Counted from the first letter of the stretch, positions 28,318 through 38,960 are shown. The stretch: 64,000 bases of DNA from Planctomycetota bacterium (GCA_016209705.1 JACQVR010000134.1:64194-128193), one strand, 5' to 3'. Program-made: numbers and translations. The notes: generated from the letters alone by a model not told the origin.

Positions 28318-28396
28318 TGGTCACCGCAAAAGCGCCAAAACGCCCCCCGACGCCCCTTCTTGGTTTCTCCTGGCGCTTTGGCGCTTTGGCGGTTCA
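28318..28396. repeat. ~78-nt palindromic intergenic repeat, family copy 3
   Basis: ACCGCAAAAGCGCCAAAACGCC...GGCGCTTTGGCGCTTTGGCGGTT, lying between the prsT-like stop and the exosortase start. Confidence 0.6.
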
Positions 28397-28422
28397 AGTT
28401 CGTTCTTGGCGAATACCGGCGC

Positions 28423-31332
28423 TCATCGAGCTTGCAGCTCCGCGCGCAGCCGCTCGATCCGCCGCTCGATCGCCGGCCGCGCCAGATCTCCTTCCCGAAC
28501 TCCGGCGGTATCGGGGTGGTTCCGGCACGCCTCGTACGACGTCACGGCTTGGGCCAGACGGCCTGCCTTCTCATAGGCCGAGGCCAAAGCGTACAGCAGC
28601 TTCGCGGAGCGCTGCGTCAGCGCGGCGGAAGTCTTCAGCAGGTTGATGCATTCCCGTTCCCTTCCGCAGCGAAGTAGCGCCGTGGCGTACGTGTGGAGCA
28701 CAGAGGGATGATCCGGAATCAGCGCGCACGCCTTCTTGGCGGCCGCCAGCACCGCGGGCTCGTCGAACGTGTCGAGCTGGAGCGAGGCGTAGGCGAAATT
28801 GTTCAGAAGCTGCGGATTGTCCGGATCGGAGCAGAGCGCTCCGCGGTAACACGCCGCCGCGACGGCGATGAATCCTTGCTGTCGGGCGAGCTCCCCGAGC
28901 CGGCCCCAGCGGGCCGCGTTCAAGGAGTGGCGCTCCAAGGCCTCGATGACCCCGTCGGGACGGCCGTTCAGAAGGGTCAGCTCCGCCCAGTACACGGCCG
29001 CGTCGGGGTCGTCCAGCCGGCTCGCCAAACGCTCCATCGCCTCCGCCGGCCGGTCCTCTGTCAGCAGCATCCACGCCTCGCACACGATGACGCGGGCCGG
29101 TGAAAGTCGATCGGAGATTCGCTCCAGAGCGGCCTTCGCCTCGGCGATTCTTCCCAAACGCGCCAGGAGCACCATGCGCATGCTCTGGAACGAGACGTCG
29201 CCCGGATCGCCGCGGGTCAAGGCGGAATCGACGACCTCGAGAGCCTCCGCGATCGCGCCGCGCGCCATCTTGGCTCGCGCGAGCTGCCAGCGGACAGGCG
29301 TCGCTTCAGGTTGCGCCGCCGCGCAGCGCTTCAGAATCGCCTCGGCTTCTTCCGCACGGCCGAGCTCCAGCATGGCCACGCCGTGGAGAAAGCGCGCGTG
29401 GTCGTTGTCGGGAGCGAGGCCGAGAGCGCGATCGCTGGATGACAGGGCGCGGTCCGGCCGGCCCTCCTCCAGGTCCAGTTCCGCGAGGAGGATGTACGTG
29501 TAGGCGTGCGGCGGCCCGGCCGCGGCCGCCTGGGCATGCTCGCGCGCTGTTTTCCAGTCGCGGCGGCGCAACGCCAAGGTTGCGAGTCCCAGCCGCGCCA
29601 CCTGATTCTCGGGCTGCGCCCGGAGCGCCTCGGCGTACCATGTCGCGGCGTCGTCGGACCGGTCCAGGGACAGGAGAAGGTTGGCGTAGGCGACCATGGT
29701 TCCCGGCTCGCGGCGCTCGGAGAGCGTTCGTTCGTACAACGCCAGCGCTTCGGAGGCGCGGTCGAGCTTCACCAGCGCCGCGGCCTGGAAGGGCGCCAGC
29801 ACGCCGGGGGAAGCCCGGCTCGCGGCCGCCGCCGCGAGGACGCTTTCGTATTCCTCGCTGGCGAAAAGGACGGAGAGACGCGCGACCTCGACATCATTCC
29901 GATCCGGAAATTGGCGCGCGAGGCCGTCGAGAACGCTCGCGGCTTCGGCGAGGTTTCCCGCGCGAAAAGCCAGGAGACCGCCGGCAAGGAGGATCGCGGG
30001 GTCGTCTCCGTAACGCCGCTCCAGAAATTTCTGGGCCTCCGCCGCCTCGCGCGACAGCTTTTTCTCCACCGCGATGTCCCGGTAGAGTTCGAGGGAAACT
30101 TTGGAATAGAAGCGCCGCGCGTGCAACCGCTCGAGCACCGCGAAGGCTTCATCGGACTTTCCCGCGCGGCGCAGCGTTTGGGCGAGTTCGATCTGAACGG
30201 CGGGCGCCCGGCCGATCAAGCCGGGGATCGCCCGGTAGGCCGTGGCGGCGTCGGCCCATGCTTTCGCGCGCGCCAACTCCCGGGCCGTGGCCCATCCCAG
30301 CGCCGGGTGCGGGCCGATCAGCGCTCCCGCGCGCCGGAGCCATTCCGCGGACCTTTCACCCAGGCCGCGGAAATAGAGTCGCTCTCCCTCCAGCCACGGC
30401 CCGTCGCCTTGCGCCAGCTCGGCCAGCGCGTCGAGCGCCGCGAAGTCTCCTTGGGCAGCGCGGATGAAGCCGAGGGTAATGCGCGCCTGGCTGTGAAGCG
30501 CCTCCTTGTTCGTGTCGCCGGCGCGGTCCTTGAGGCTGTCCAGAAGGGTCGCCGCCTGTGGCATGCGATCTTGCGCCAGCAGGAACATCGCCTCGTTGAA
30601 CCGCAAATCCTCGCTGTCGCCATGCCGCGCGCGTCCTTCCGCGAAAACCGCTTTCGCCTCGTTCGCGTGGTCTCGGGACGCGGCCAAGGATGCCAGAAGG
30701 CCGTATCCTTCCGCGTCCAGAAAGTCTTTTTCCCGGCATGATTTCAGAAACGCTTCGGCGCGATCCGGCGTTCCCGCCGAGAGGTAGGCGACGGCGATCT
30801 TGTTGGCCAGGCCGGCGGATGGCGACCCTTCGAACAACTTGTTCCAGAGGCGAAGGCTTTCCGGAAAATCCGCCACCGCGTAGTGGAGATCTCCTTCGAG
30901 CTCCCGCCGCGCGGGATCGTCCGGAAGCTCGCGAAGCCGGTCGAGGTTGGGCCGAAGCCGCTCCGCTCGGTTTCCGGACGACGCGCGAACCAGGGCGAGG
31001 AGCACCTCCGCGTTCTTCAGGCCGTTCGCCCAGGCGCTTTTGATGTAAGGCAGCGCAACCGTACTCTGTCCCAGGCGAAGGGCGGCGTTTCCCGCGGCCC
31101 ACTGGTAGTGAGGATCTTCGGGCCTCGCCTTCGCGGCGCGCTCGAAATACGAGAACGCCTCTCGAAAGCGGCGCGCTTCGAATCGTTCCTCGCCCTGCGC
31201 AAAGGCTTGCTCCGCAGTCATGGGGGAAGAGGACCGTTTGCCGAGCAGAAGGTAGGCCGCGCCGGCCGCTCCCGCGAGGGCGAAACCTCCCAGAGACAGG
31301 CCGAGGATGAGTCTGAATTGGGGAGGACTCAT
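28423..31332 (-). CDS. Large TPR-repeat lipoprotein (PrsT-like, PEP-CTERM-system associated)
   Basis: A 969-aa product with a signal/TM N-terminus and continuous TPR repeats. It lies adjacent to the exosortase, as PrsT does in classical EpsH loci. Confidence 0.65.
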   Translation of the reverse strand: MSPPQFRLILGLSLGGFALAGAAGAAYLLLGKRSSSPMTAEQAFAQGEERFEARRFREAFSYFERAAKARPEDPHYQWAAGNAALRLGQSTVALPYIKSAWANGLKNAEVLLALVRASSGNRAERLRPNLDRLRELPDDPARRELEGDLHYAVADFPESLRLWNKLFEGSPSAGLANKIAVAYLSAGTPDRAEAFLKSCREKDFLDAEGYGLLASLAASRDHANEAKAVFAEGRARHGDSEDLRFNEAMFLLAQDRMPQAATLLDSLKDRAGDTNKEALHSQARITLGFIRAAQGDFAALDALAELAQGDGPWLEGERLYFRGLGERSAEWLRRAGALIGPHPALGWATARELARAKAWADAATAYRAIPGLIGRAPAVQIELAQTLRRAGKSDEAFAVLERLHARRFYSKVSLELYRDIAVEKKLSREAAEAQKFLERRYGDDPAILLAGGLLAFRAGNLAEAASVLDGLARQFPDRNDVEVARLSVLFASEEYESVLAAAAASRASPGVLAPFQAAALVKLDRASEALALYERTLSERREPGTMVAYANLLLSLDRSDDAATWYAEALRAQPENQVARLGLATLALRRRDWKTAREHAQAAAAGPPHAYTYILLAELDLEEGRPDRALSSSDRALGLAPDNDHARFLHGVAMLELGRAEEAEAILKRCAAAQPEATPVRWQLARAKMARGAIAEALEVVDSALTRGDPGDVSFQSMRMVLLARLGRIAEAKAALERISDRLSPARVIVCEAWMLLTEDRPAEAMERLASRLDDPDAAVYWAELTLLNGRPDGVIEALERHSLNAARWGRLGELARQQGFIAVAAACYRGALCSDPDNPQLLNNFAYASLQLDTFDEPAVLAAAKKACALIPDHPSVLHTYATALLRCGRERECINLLKTSAALTQRSAKLLYALASAYEKAGRLAQAVTSYEACRNHPDTAGVREGDLARPAIERRIERLRAELQAR

Positions 31333-31422
31333 GAAGGCGACCGGTTCTCTTTCGATAATAAAAGCCTCCCGAAGGAGGCTTTTATTGAAACTCTATTTCA
31401 CATCCGGCGCACGGCTTCACGA

Positions 31423-32169
31423 CTATGTGCGGGAGGCCTTTCGGTTTCGAATGTAAAGGCCCGCCAAACCAAGCCCCAAGAGAGCGAACGCCGCCGGTTC
31501 AGGAACGCCCGGGAAGCGGGGTTCGCTCAGGCTCGTCCCGTACTGGAAATAGACGTCGGCGATTTGAGACAGGTCCCACGAGGGATCCCAGCCGCTCAAC
31601 GTGAAGACGACCGAGTTCGAGATGATCGGCTCGTCGATCAGTCCGCCGTTGGCGGTGGCGGGATTGTCGCCCGCCGTCGTGATGCCGTAATTGACGCCAT
31701 CGGGCGAAGCCGGCGGATCGAGATCATCGCTTGAGAAGCGATCGCCCGGGCCGAACGTGTCGTCCGCTCCAGTCGAGCTGATACCGGAGTTCGAGCCGAA
31801 ATCCATCGCCAGGCTTCCGCTATAAGCCCACTCGCCGCTCACGTCGGGGAAAGCGGCGTCGCCGGCCGCCGTCGCGTTGTAGACGGTCGATCCCGCGGCG
31901 ACGACCGCGCTGACCGGGGTCAGCACGCCCGGTGCGCTGAAGAAAACGGCCGTCAGAATCTGGGAGCTGGTCGTCGGATCGCCGAGGGATGTGTTGGTCA
32001 AGGTAACGATCAGATTGGTTCCCGATGTCTCGAACGTGACGCTGGCCGACAATCCGCCCGGTCCGGTTCCCGTGTACGTGACGAAGTCCGCCCACGCGGC
32101 GGGCGCGGCCGAAAGATACGTTGCACCGACGATGAACGCCGTGACGACCGAAGCGACATGTCGCGACAT
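31423..32169 (-). CDS. PEP-CTERM sorting-domain surface protein (putative exosortase substrate)
   Basis: It has a signal peptide, a Thr/Ser/Gly-rich body and a C-terminal ...GVPEPAAFALLGLGLAGLYIRNRKASRT segment (PEP motif, TM helix, basic tail). Confidence 0.8.
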   Translation of the reverse strand: MSRHVASVVTAFIVGATYLSAAPAAWADFVTYTGTGPGGLSASVTFETSGTNLIVTLTNTSLGDPTTSSQILTAVFFSAPGVLTPVSAVVAAGSTVYNATAAGDAAFPDVSGEWAYSGSLAMDFGSNSGISSTGADDTFGPGDRFSSDDLDPPASPDGVNYGITTAGDNPATANGGLIDEPIISNSVVFTLSGWDPSWDLSQIADVYFQYGTSLSEPRFPGVPEPAAFALLGLGLAGLYIRNRKASRT

Positions 32170-32282
32170 ACGCGCCTCTCCAAAGTTCAGGTTTAACTTT
32201 TTTACGTAAAAGCCGGGCGTCTTGTCAATAGAAATATGATGAAAACATCACCTAAGGCTTGGCCCGCGGACACCGGTACCGC

Positions 32283-33449
32283 TCAGATCAGGAACAACTC
32301 CGCGCGGACGCCAAGCCGCTCCAGGTCCGCTTGGATTTCTTCCTTGTAGATCGGGTTCATGACGATGACCGCGTCGGGACGATATCGCCGCAGAAACTCC
32401 GGCGAGACAATTTCGTGGCCCGAGCCCGCCAAGTACTTTCCATGTTTGTGGGGATTGATATCCACGACGTACTCCAGCTCGTCTCGAATCTCGAGCGTGG
32501 TGAGGTAGGAGACCGCCTTCGATCCCGAACCCCAAACGACGGCGCGCCGGCCCGCCGATCGAAAGCGGTCCAGTTGCCCCCGAAGGCCATCCAGCCTGTC
32601 CGCCACCCACGACTTGAAAAGCTCGATGTCCACGCGCGTCTTCTCGACGGGTTCTTCAATTTCAAAACGCTTTCCATCCGTTCCAGGCCGTGCCTCGATC
32701 ACGAGATATTGGTCGTCGAAGACCTTGTGCAGATCCAGGATCTGGAAGCCGCAGGCGCGGAAAAGACGCGCCAGCGAACCGAGCGTGAAGTACGAGCAGT
32801 GCTCGTAATAGATGTCCCAGAAGGCGTGCTCGGTCAAGACTCTTCCAACATCGGGAACCTCGAAGAAGACGATCGTATCGGGACGGCGATCCAAGGATCG
32901 GCGGATCATCCCGACGAATTCCCGCACGTCGGGAATATGCTCGAGCGTGTGCCGGCAGCAGACGTAGTCGGCCTTCAGATCGCCGAATTTTTCGGAATAC
33001 AGTTCCTGGATAAACTGGATCCGCGCGGCCGTTTCGGCATCGGTGCGCTCCGGCCGGTAACTTGGGTCGATGCCGATTCCGCGATTGTTTCCCATGGCGC
33101 ACATTTGGGACAGGAACTCTCCCTTCCCGCAGCCGATTTCCAGAAGGACCTTGCCGCGGAGGCCATACTTTTCAATCTGGTCGGCGCACAAATCCGTGGC
33201 AAACCGGCGGAACCGCTCGGAAAAGCCCTGCGTTTCTTCGTACTCTGGGGTGTAGCTCAACCGGGCGGGGTCGAAGCGCGTGTTCATGATGAACCCGCAA
33301 TCGCCACAGAATCCGAGGGCCAGGGAACCCCGAGGGAACTTCAGCGCGGCCTCCCGTGTGGAGACCATGAGGCAACTATGAACGGGAACCGGCCCGGTTT
33401 CGTAGAAGAGCTCTACGGCGTTCGAGCCGCAGCTCCGGCATGGCGTCAT
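32283..33449 (-). CDS. Class I SAM-dependent C-methyltransferase with N-terminal Zn-ribbon and C-terminal C-methyltransferase domain (sugar C-methyltransferase-like), paralog 1
   Basis: A CxxC...CxxC zinc ribbon (CRSCGS...CGDCG) is followed by a SAM motif (LLEIGCGKGEF) and a C-methyltransferase C-terminal domain. Confidence 0.7.
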   Translation of the reverse strand: MTPCRSCGSNAVELFYETGPVPVHSCLMVSTREAALKFPRGSLALGFCGDCGFIMNTRFDPARLSYTPEYEETQGFSERFRRFATDLCADQIEKYGLRGKVLLEIGCGKGEFLSQMCAMGNNRGIGIDPSYRPERTDAETAARIQFIQELYSEKFGDLKADYVCCRHTLEHIPDVREFVGMIRRSLDRRPDTIVFFEVPDVGRVLTEHAFWDIYYEHCSYFTLGSLARLFRACGFQILDLHKVFDDQYLVIEARPGTDGKRFEIEEPVEKTRVDIELFKSWVADRLDGLRGQLDRFRSAGRRAVVWGSGSKAVSYLTTLEIRDELEYVVDINPHKHGKYLAGSGHEIVSPEFLRRYRPDAVIVMNPIYKEEIQADLERLGVRAELFLI

Positions 33450-33464
33450 GGCGCGAGCGTGACC

Positions 33465-34697
33465 TTAAACGATTTCAGGAGAGGGGATGGGAATAATGAA
33501 CTTTCCGCCCCGTTTTCGATAATCCTCCTGCTGCTTGATGATCTCGTCCTTGAAGTTCCAGGTGAGCAGCAGCACGTAATCCGGAGCGTCTTCCAGCAGG
33601 CGCTTCGGATGGGCGATGGGCAGGTGCACTCCGGGCATGAGGAGGCCCTGCTTGTGCACATTGCGATCCACGACATAGTCGAGAAGGTCACGCCCGATGC
33701 CCACATAATTGAGAAGGATTGCCCCCTTGGCGGCCGCTCCATAGCCGGCCAGCCTCGCCCCTTTCGCCTTGAGTTCGCGGAGCAGCGACCCCAGCTTTTC
33801 CTTGATGGAGGCGACCCGCCCGGAAAACCCGGCGTAATAATCCAGCGACGTGAGTCCCTGCTCCGTTTCACGACGCACGTAGGCGTCCACGGACTCCCGG
33901 CGGCCGGGAAGCCGTTCCACGAACAACCTCAGCGATCCCCCATGAATGGACAAGGGTTCCACGTGGTTCAAATGGAGATCGTGCCGCCGGAACAACGCCC
34001 TCAAGGAGCTCACGGAGAAGTAGCACAGATGCTCGTGGTAGATGGTGTCGAACTGGCACTGATCGATCAGGTTGGCGACGTACGGAACCTCGAGGACGGC
34101 GAAACCGTGATCCTTCAGAAGGATACGGATCCCGTCGACGAAGCCGCCCGTATCGGCCACGTGCGCCAAGACATTGTTCGCGTGGATCACGTCCGCGCGC
34201 TTGCCTTCCTCGCTCAACCGGACGGCCAGATCGCGGCCGAAGAACTCCAGGAGGGTCGGAACCCCTCGGGCGCGGGCCGCTCGGACCGGGCCTTCGCAGG
34301 GATCGATGCCCAGGACGGGGATCCCGCGTTCCACGTAATACTGAAGAAGATACCCGTCGTTGCTGGCCAACTCGACGACGAGGCTTCTCGAATCCAATCC
34401 GCGCTCGGCGATGCGCGCTTCGACGTTCTTTTTCGAGTGGGCCAGCAGCGCGTCCGAAAAGGAGGAGAAATAGGGATAATCGGCATTGAAGAGTTCCTCC
34501 GGCGGAACCGTTCTGCGGATCTGGACGAGCGTACAATCCGTGCAGAACGCCACGTCGAGAGGATGCCTCGGTTCCGGACGGCCCTCTTCCTCCGGACGGA
34601 TGAGGCGGTCCGCGATCGGCAAATCCCCCAACCGTAGAAACGTCGTCAGCCGGGAGGAGTCGCAGCCGCGGCAACGGTTTCGATCGTTCGAGTTCAA
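33465..34697 (-). CDS. SAM-dependent C-methyltransferase, paralog 2
   Basis: Same architecture as paralog 1 (CRGCDS...CTDC zinc ribbon; [14 protein letters not shown] motif). Confidence 0.7.
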   Translation of the reverse strand: MNSNDRNRCRGCDSSRLTTFLRLGDLPIADRLIRPEEEGRPEPRHPLDVAFCTDCTLVQIRRTVPPEELFNADYPYFSSFSDALLAHSKKNVEARIAERGLDSRSLVVELASNDGYLLQYYVERGIPVLGIDPCEGPVRAARARGVPTLLEFFGRDLAVRLSEEGKRADVIHANNVLAHVADTGGFVDGIRILLKDHGFAVLEVPYVANLIDQCQFDTIYHEHLCYFSVSSLRALFRRHDLHLNHVEPLSIHGGSLRLFVERLPGRRESVDAYVRRETEQGLTSLDYYAGFSGRVASIKEKLGSLLRELKAKGARLAGYGAAAKGAILLNYVGIGRDLLDYVVDRNVHKQGLLMPGVHLPIAHPKRLLEDAPDYVLLLTWNFKDEIIKQQEDYRKRGGKFIIPIPSPEIV

Positions 34698-34772
34698 GGA
34701 GGAGGATCATATCGTGCGGGGGAGCGAAGTTCCACAAGTTTTGTGACGTTCCCTCAATGCTTGAAAAAAAAA

Positions 34773-34787
34773 TGGAACCTGGTATGC
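34773..34787 (+). promoter_or_regulatory. Candidate sigma-54 (-24/-12) promoter upstream of rfbF
   Basis: TGGAAC-N5-ATGCT has the GG and GC dinucleotides at the canonical spacing, about 55 nt upstream of the rfbF ATG. Confidence 0.3.
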
Positions 34788-34840
34788 TTGGCGGCCTGGG
34801 GCCGGGACGGCGGAATGCATCGAATCCTGAAGGGCGGGGA

Positions 34841-35614
34841 ATGAAAGTCGGAATTCTGGCGGGTGGAGTCGGAACGCGTCTGTCGGAAGAGACCGAGGTC
34901 AAGCCCAAGCCGATGGTGGAGATCGGTGGGAAACCGATCTTATGGCACATCATGAAGATCTATGCGGCGCAGGGGTACAAGGATTTCGTCATCGCGCTGG
35001 GCTACAGAGGCGAGTACATCAAACGTTACATGCTCGACTTCTGCTCCTTGAGCTCGAATCTCACCGTCAACGTTCGCACGGGTGTCGTGGAGAAGGAGAC
35101 GAATGACGGCATCGACGATTGGAGCGTCCGCCTGATCGACACGGGTCTGGAGACGGCCACGGGCGGCCGGATCAAGCGTTTGGCGCCGTACCTGCAAGGG
35201 GAGGGGACGTTCCTGCTCACCTGGGGAGACGGCGTCTTCGACATCGATCTCGGGAAGCTGCTCGCCTTCCATCGTGACCACGGGAAGCTGGCGACGATCG
35301 CCGCCGTTCGCCCTCCAGCGCGCTTCGGCATGATGGAACTGGACGAGGAACGGGTCGTCCGGTACACCGAGAAACCGCAGATCGGAGAGGGTTGGATCAG
35401 CGGGGGGGTTTTCGCCCTCGAACCCGGCATCTTCTCCTACATAGAGGACGACCGTACCCAATGGGAAAAGCAACCGCTGGAGCGGCTCGCAGAAGAGGGG
35501 GAACTGATGGCCTTTAAGCACTACGGCTTCTGGCAATGCATGGACACCCTCCGGGACAAGAAGCATCTCGAGCAGATGTGGGAGTCCAATCCGCCCTGGA
35601 AAATCTGGAGGTAG
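34841..35614 (+). CDS. rfbF: Glucose-1-phosphate cytidylyltransferase
   Basis: MKVGILAGGVGTRLSEETEVKPKPMVEIGGKPILWHIMKIYAAQGYKDFVIALGY... is close to RfbF/DdhA over the full ~257 aa. Confidence 0.85.
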   Translation: MKVGILAGGVGTRLSEETEVKPKPMVEIGGKPILWHIMKIYAAQGYKDFVIALGYRGEYIKRYMLDFCSLSSNLTVNVRTGVVEKETNDGIDDWSVRLIDTGLETATGGRIKRLAPYLQGEGTFLLTWGDGVFDIDLGKLLAFHRDHGKLATIAAVRPPARFGMMELDEERVVRYTEKPQIGEGWISGGVFALEPGIFSYIEDDRTQWEKQPLERLAEEGELMAFKHYGFWQCMDTLRDKKHLEQMWESNPPWKIWR

Positions 35615-35617
35615 CTT

Positions 35618-36718
35618 GTGAAAGTTCTCGTTACCGGCCATGAGGGTTATATCGGGAGTGTCTTGGTGCCGATGCTCCACAGCCACGGCCATGAGGTCGT
35701 GGGGTTGGACAGCGGACTCTTCCGTGTCTGTCTGTTCAACGAACCTCTGCTGAAGGTGAAGAGCCTCACGCTCGACATTCGCGACGTGCGCGAAGAGGAT
35801 CTTCGCGGGTTCGATGCGATCATTCACCTGGCGGGGATCTCCAACGATCCGTTGGGCGATCTCAACCCTAAATGCACCTACGACATCAATCACCGCGCGT
35901 CGGTGCGATTGGCGGAGGTGGCCAAGAAGGCCGGTGTGCCGCGGTTCCTTTATTCCTCTTCGTGCAGTTTGTATGGATCGGCCGGTCGCGATTTCGTGGA
36001 TGAGAACGCTCCGTTCCATCCCGTGACCCCGTATGGGGAATCAAAGGTGAAAGTCGAACTCGACGTCGTCGCGATGGCGGACGACACGTTCTGTCCCACG
36101 TATCTGCGCAACGCCACCGCCTATGGGGTCTCGCCGCGGCTTCGGGGAGACCTCGTAGTGAACAACCTGAGCGGGTACGCGTACACGATCGGAACCGTGC
36201 TCCTCAAGAGCGACGGGACCCCGTGGCGCCCTCTGGTCCACATCGAAGACATCTCCCGCGCATTCCTCGCCGTGCTCCACGCTCCGTGGGATGCCGTGTA
36301 CAACGCCGCCTTCAACGTCGGCTCCACCGAAGAGAACTATCAGATTCGCGACGTGGCACGGATGGTGCAAGAGGTCTTCCCGGGCAGCGTCATCGCCTTC
36401 GGGCCGGGCGCCGGCCCCGACAAGCGGGACTACCGGGTGAACTGCGACAGGATCCAAACGGTCCTGCCGGAATTCAAACCTCAGTGGACGGTGCGCCGGG
36501 GGATCGAGGAACTCTGCGAGGCCTTCAAGAAGAAGCGGCTTACGCGGGAGGAATTTGAGAGCTCCCGCTATCTGCGGATCAAACACGTGCTCGACCTGCG
36601 GCAACGTGGCGAGTTGGATGAAAACTTGCGGTGGACGAAGGCGGTCGCGGCGGGGGCTTCCGCGGGGCCGGCGGATCCTTCCCCGGGCGTGACCCCCGCG
36701 GGTACAAGACGGGATTAA
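35618..36718 (+). CDS. NAD-dependent epimerase/dehydratase family protein (extended SDR)
   Basis: The product has a GxxGxxG motif ([10 protein letters not shown]) and a YxxxK catalytic motif (PYGESK). It sits immediately downstream of rfbF, 3 bp apart. Confidence 0.75.
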   Translation: MKVLVTGHEGYIGSVLVPMLHSHGHEVVGLDSGLFRVCLFNEPLLKVKSLTLDIRDVREEDLRGFDAIIHLAGISNDPLGDLNPKCTYDINHRASVRLAEVAKKAGVPRFLYSSSCSLYGSAGRDFVDENAPFHPVTPYGESKVKVELDVVAMADDTFCPTYLRNATAYGVSPRLRGDLVVNNLSGYAYTIGTVLLKSDGTPWRPLVHIEDISRAFLAVLHAPWDAVYNAAFNVGSTEENYQIRDVARMVQEVFPGSVIAFGPGAGPDKRDYRVNCDRIQTVLPEFKPQWTVRRGIEELCEAFKKKRLTREEFESSRYLRIKHVLDLRQRGELDENLRWTKAVAAGASAGPADPSPGVTPAGTRRD

Positions 36719-36768
36719 GAACCTATCTTCGCAGGCATCGTGGCCGCGGCGGTGAAGAAACCGGCCCA

Positions 36769-37956
36769 ATGGATCGCTACGACCTGATCATTATCGGCGG
36801 CGGGGTGATCGGCGTCGCCGCGGCGCGCGCCGCGGCGAAGAAGCGGTCGGGTTTGTCCATCTGCCTCTTGGAAAAAGAATCGGAGCTCGCCGCGCATCAG
36901 AGCGGCCGCAATAGCGGCGTGGCGCACGCCGGATACATCCCCAAACCCGGAACGCTGAAAGCAAAATTCGTCGTCGAGGGCTCCCGCCGGTTGCGCGCAT
37001 TCTGCCGGGACCGGGCGGTTCCTCTCGTCGAGGACGGCATTTTGGTGGTGGGGCGGCGCGACCAGGAGCGGACGTTGCGCGAACTGATCGACCGCGGCAC
37101 GCGGAACGGCGCTCAGGTGGAGTGGGTGGAGGGTACGCGGCTGCGGGAACTGGAATCTCACGCGCGGGCCGAGTGCGGCGTCTTCGCGCGCGAAGGGGCG
37201 AGCTTCGACGCGCGCGCCTACGTCCGCGCGTTGTCCCGGGAGGCCGGCGCCGACATCGCGCTTTCGGAACCGGCGCTCCGATGCCGCGAAACGTCCCGCG
37301 GGGTCGAAATCCAGACGCCACGCCGCACGCTGTCGGCCCGTGCGTTGCTCAATGCCGCGGGCCTTCACGCCGACCGGATCGCGCATCAATTTGGGGTAGG
37401 CCGGCAGTACGCGATCGTTCCGTTCCGCGGGGAGTATTGGGAGCTGACCGGTCCGTCCCGAGACCTGGTGCGGTCTCACCTATATCCATGTCCCGATCTC
37501 CGCTTTCCATTCCTCGGCGTTCATCTATCACGCAAGACGAATGGCCGCGTCGTGGCCGGCCCCGGCGCGGTATTGGCGCCGGGTCGGGAGGCCTATCGCC
37601 GATTTGAATTCGGCGGTCGCGATGTTCTCGACATGGTCCGCTGGCGGGGTTTGAGACGGATGGCGCAGTCAAGCGTGTTCCGGGAGCTGGTCCGGCGCGA
37701 ATGGCGCAAGAGCCTGTTCCCATCCGCGGTGCTCGCCGAGATCCGGCGTCTGGTGCCTGAGGTTCGGGGCGCCGACCTGACTCCTTATCCCTCGGGGATT
37801 CGGGCGCAACTCGTCTCCCGCGAAGGCGATCTCGTGGACGATCTGGTCGTCTTGGAAACGGCGCGTACCGTCCATGTGTTGAACGCCGTCAGTCCGGCGC
37901 TGACCTGCTCGCTTCCATTCGCGGACTACCTGGAGCGGATGCTTCAGGACAAATAG
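36769..37956 (+). CDS. FAD-dependent oxidoreductase, L-2-hydroxyglutarate oxidase (LhgO)-like
   Basis: MDRYDLIIIGGGVIGVAAARA...LLEKESELAAHQSGRNSGVAHAGYIPKPGTLKAKF matches the LhgO/DAO family N-terminus. Confidence 0.65.
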   Translation: MDRYDLIIIGGGVIGVAAARAAAKKRSGLSICLLEKESELAAHQSGRNSGVAHAGYIPKPGTLKAKFVVEGSRRLRAFCRDRAVPLVEDGILVVGRRDQERTLRELIDRGTRNGAQVEWVEGTRLRELESHARAECGVFAREGASFDARAYVRALSREAGADIALSEPALRCRETSRGVEIQTPRRTLSARALLNAAGLHADRIAHQFGVGRQYAIVPFRGEYWELTGPSRDLVRSHLYPCPDLRFPFLGVHLSRKTNGRVVAGPGAVLAPGREAYRRFEFGGRDVLDMVRWRGLRRMAQSSVFRELVRREWRKSLFPSAVLAEIRRLVPEVRGADLTPYPSGIRAQLVSREGDLVDDLVVLETARTVHVLNAVSPALTCSLPFADYLERMLQDK

Positions 37957-37970
37957 ATCGTCGGCGGATG

Positions 37971-38960
37971 CTACCGGTTTGTGACATTCCGGGAAGGATT
38001 CGAATCCCGTGCCGCCGGCGAGGCCTCGGATGGAATGCTCGCGCTGCCGTCGTTCGGAGGGTTGATGAGGCGAACGAGCCGCCGCCTCAGGAATCCGAGA
38101 CCCCGCCGCATGAAGCGGAATAGGCTCTCAAAGACGAAGTGACAGACAATCGTTGCTTGGCAGCACAGCTTGAGCCCGGGCCCGAAGGACTGCTTTCGCA
38201 CCAGAGACGCGAATCCAAGGTACATGTCGGTTCGGGAGTAGGTCATGTCTCTGGTAAAGCTGCTGTGGTATCGAGGGAGGAGGATTTCGGGCCCTTCTCC
38301 CGCCCGGCGCCTAGTTACAAGACATTCATGGACGTGGCAGAAGGGGCCCAGGAGGCAGAGCTCAATGGCGAGGTGGCGGTCGGTCCAGGGATCGATGGGA
38401 AGCAGATTGGTCCTGTGCAGGCTAGAGCTTCGCAACATGCTGTAGATCGGGTCGAAAAAGAGCCGATCCGCCCGCATGAACCACAACGCCCGCGAGAGAC
38501 GCCTCCAGACATAGGGGGAATCCACCCGTCTGCCCGTGTATTCTCGGAAGTGGACGGTATTGTCGTCATCCACTAGGCGCCAGAGCGTCGTGACTCCGAC
38601 CGCTTCTGTGTGGGCGTCCAAACTCGCGACGCACTTCCGCAGATAGGAAGGTTCCAGCCGGTCATCCACCCCGAGCCACCGGAAATACTCCCCGCGGGAG
38701 AGTCCGAAGACCCGGTTGAAGTTTCCGATCTGACCGAGATCTGCGTCGTTCCGGTGATAGCAGAAGTGGCGATCCCGGGCGGTGAATTCCCTGGCGATCG
38801 CCTCCGTCTTGTCAGTCGAGGCGTTGTCGGAGATGATGGCCTCATAATCGTCGTAGTCCTGGCACGCGATGGACTCCAGGGCCGCCCTCAAGAATCGTTC
38901 GCCATTTCGGACGGGAATCCCGATGCTGACTTTCGGCCGGCATCCGGCATCCTTGCTCAA
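37971..38960 (-). CDS. Family 2 glycosyltransferase
   Basis: GT2 signatures: VSIGIPVRNGERFLRAALESIACQDYDDYEAIISDNASTD. Confidence 0.75.
   Translation of the reverse strand: MSKDAGCRPKVSIGIPVRNGERFLRAALESIACQDYDDYEAIISDNASTDKTEAIAREFTARDRHFCYHRNDADLGQIGNFNRVFGLSRGEYFRWLGVDDRLEPSYLRKCVASLDAHTEAVGVTTLWRLVDDDNTVHFREYTGRRVDSPYVWRRLSRALWFMRADRLFFDPIYSMLRSSSLHRTNLLPIDPWTDRHLAIELCLLGPFCHVHECLVTRRRAGEGPEILLPRYHSSFTRDMTYSRTDMYLGFASLVRKQSFGPGLKLCCQATIVCHFVFESLFRFMRRGLGFLRRRLVRLINPPNDGSASIPSEASPAARDSNPSRNVTNR

Noticed and set aside
29100-30741. Plus-strand ORFs of 455 and 411 aa inside the TPR gene
   Set aside because: Shadows of the PrsT-like gene. Their translations are Arg/Pro/Gly low-complexity sequence.
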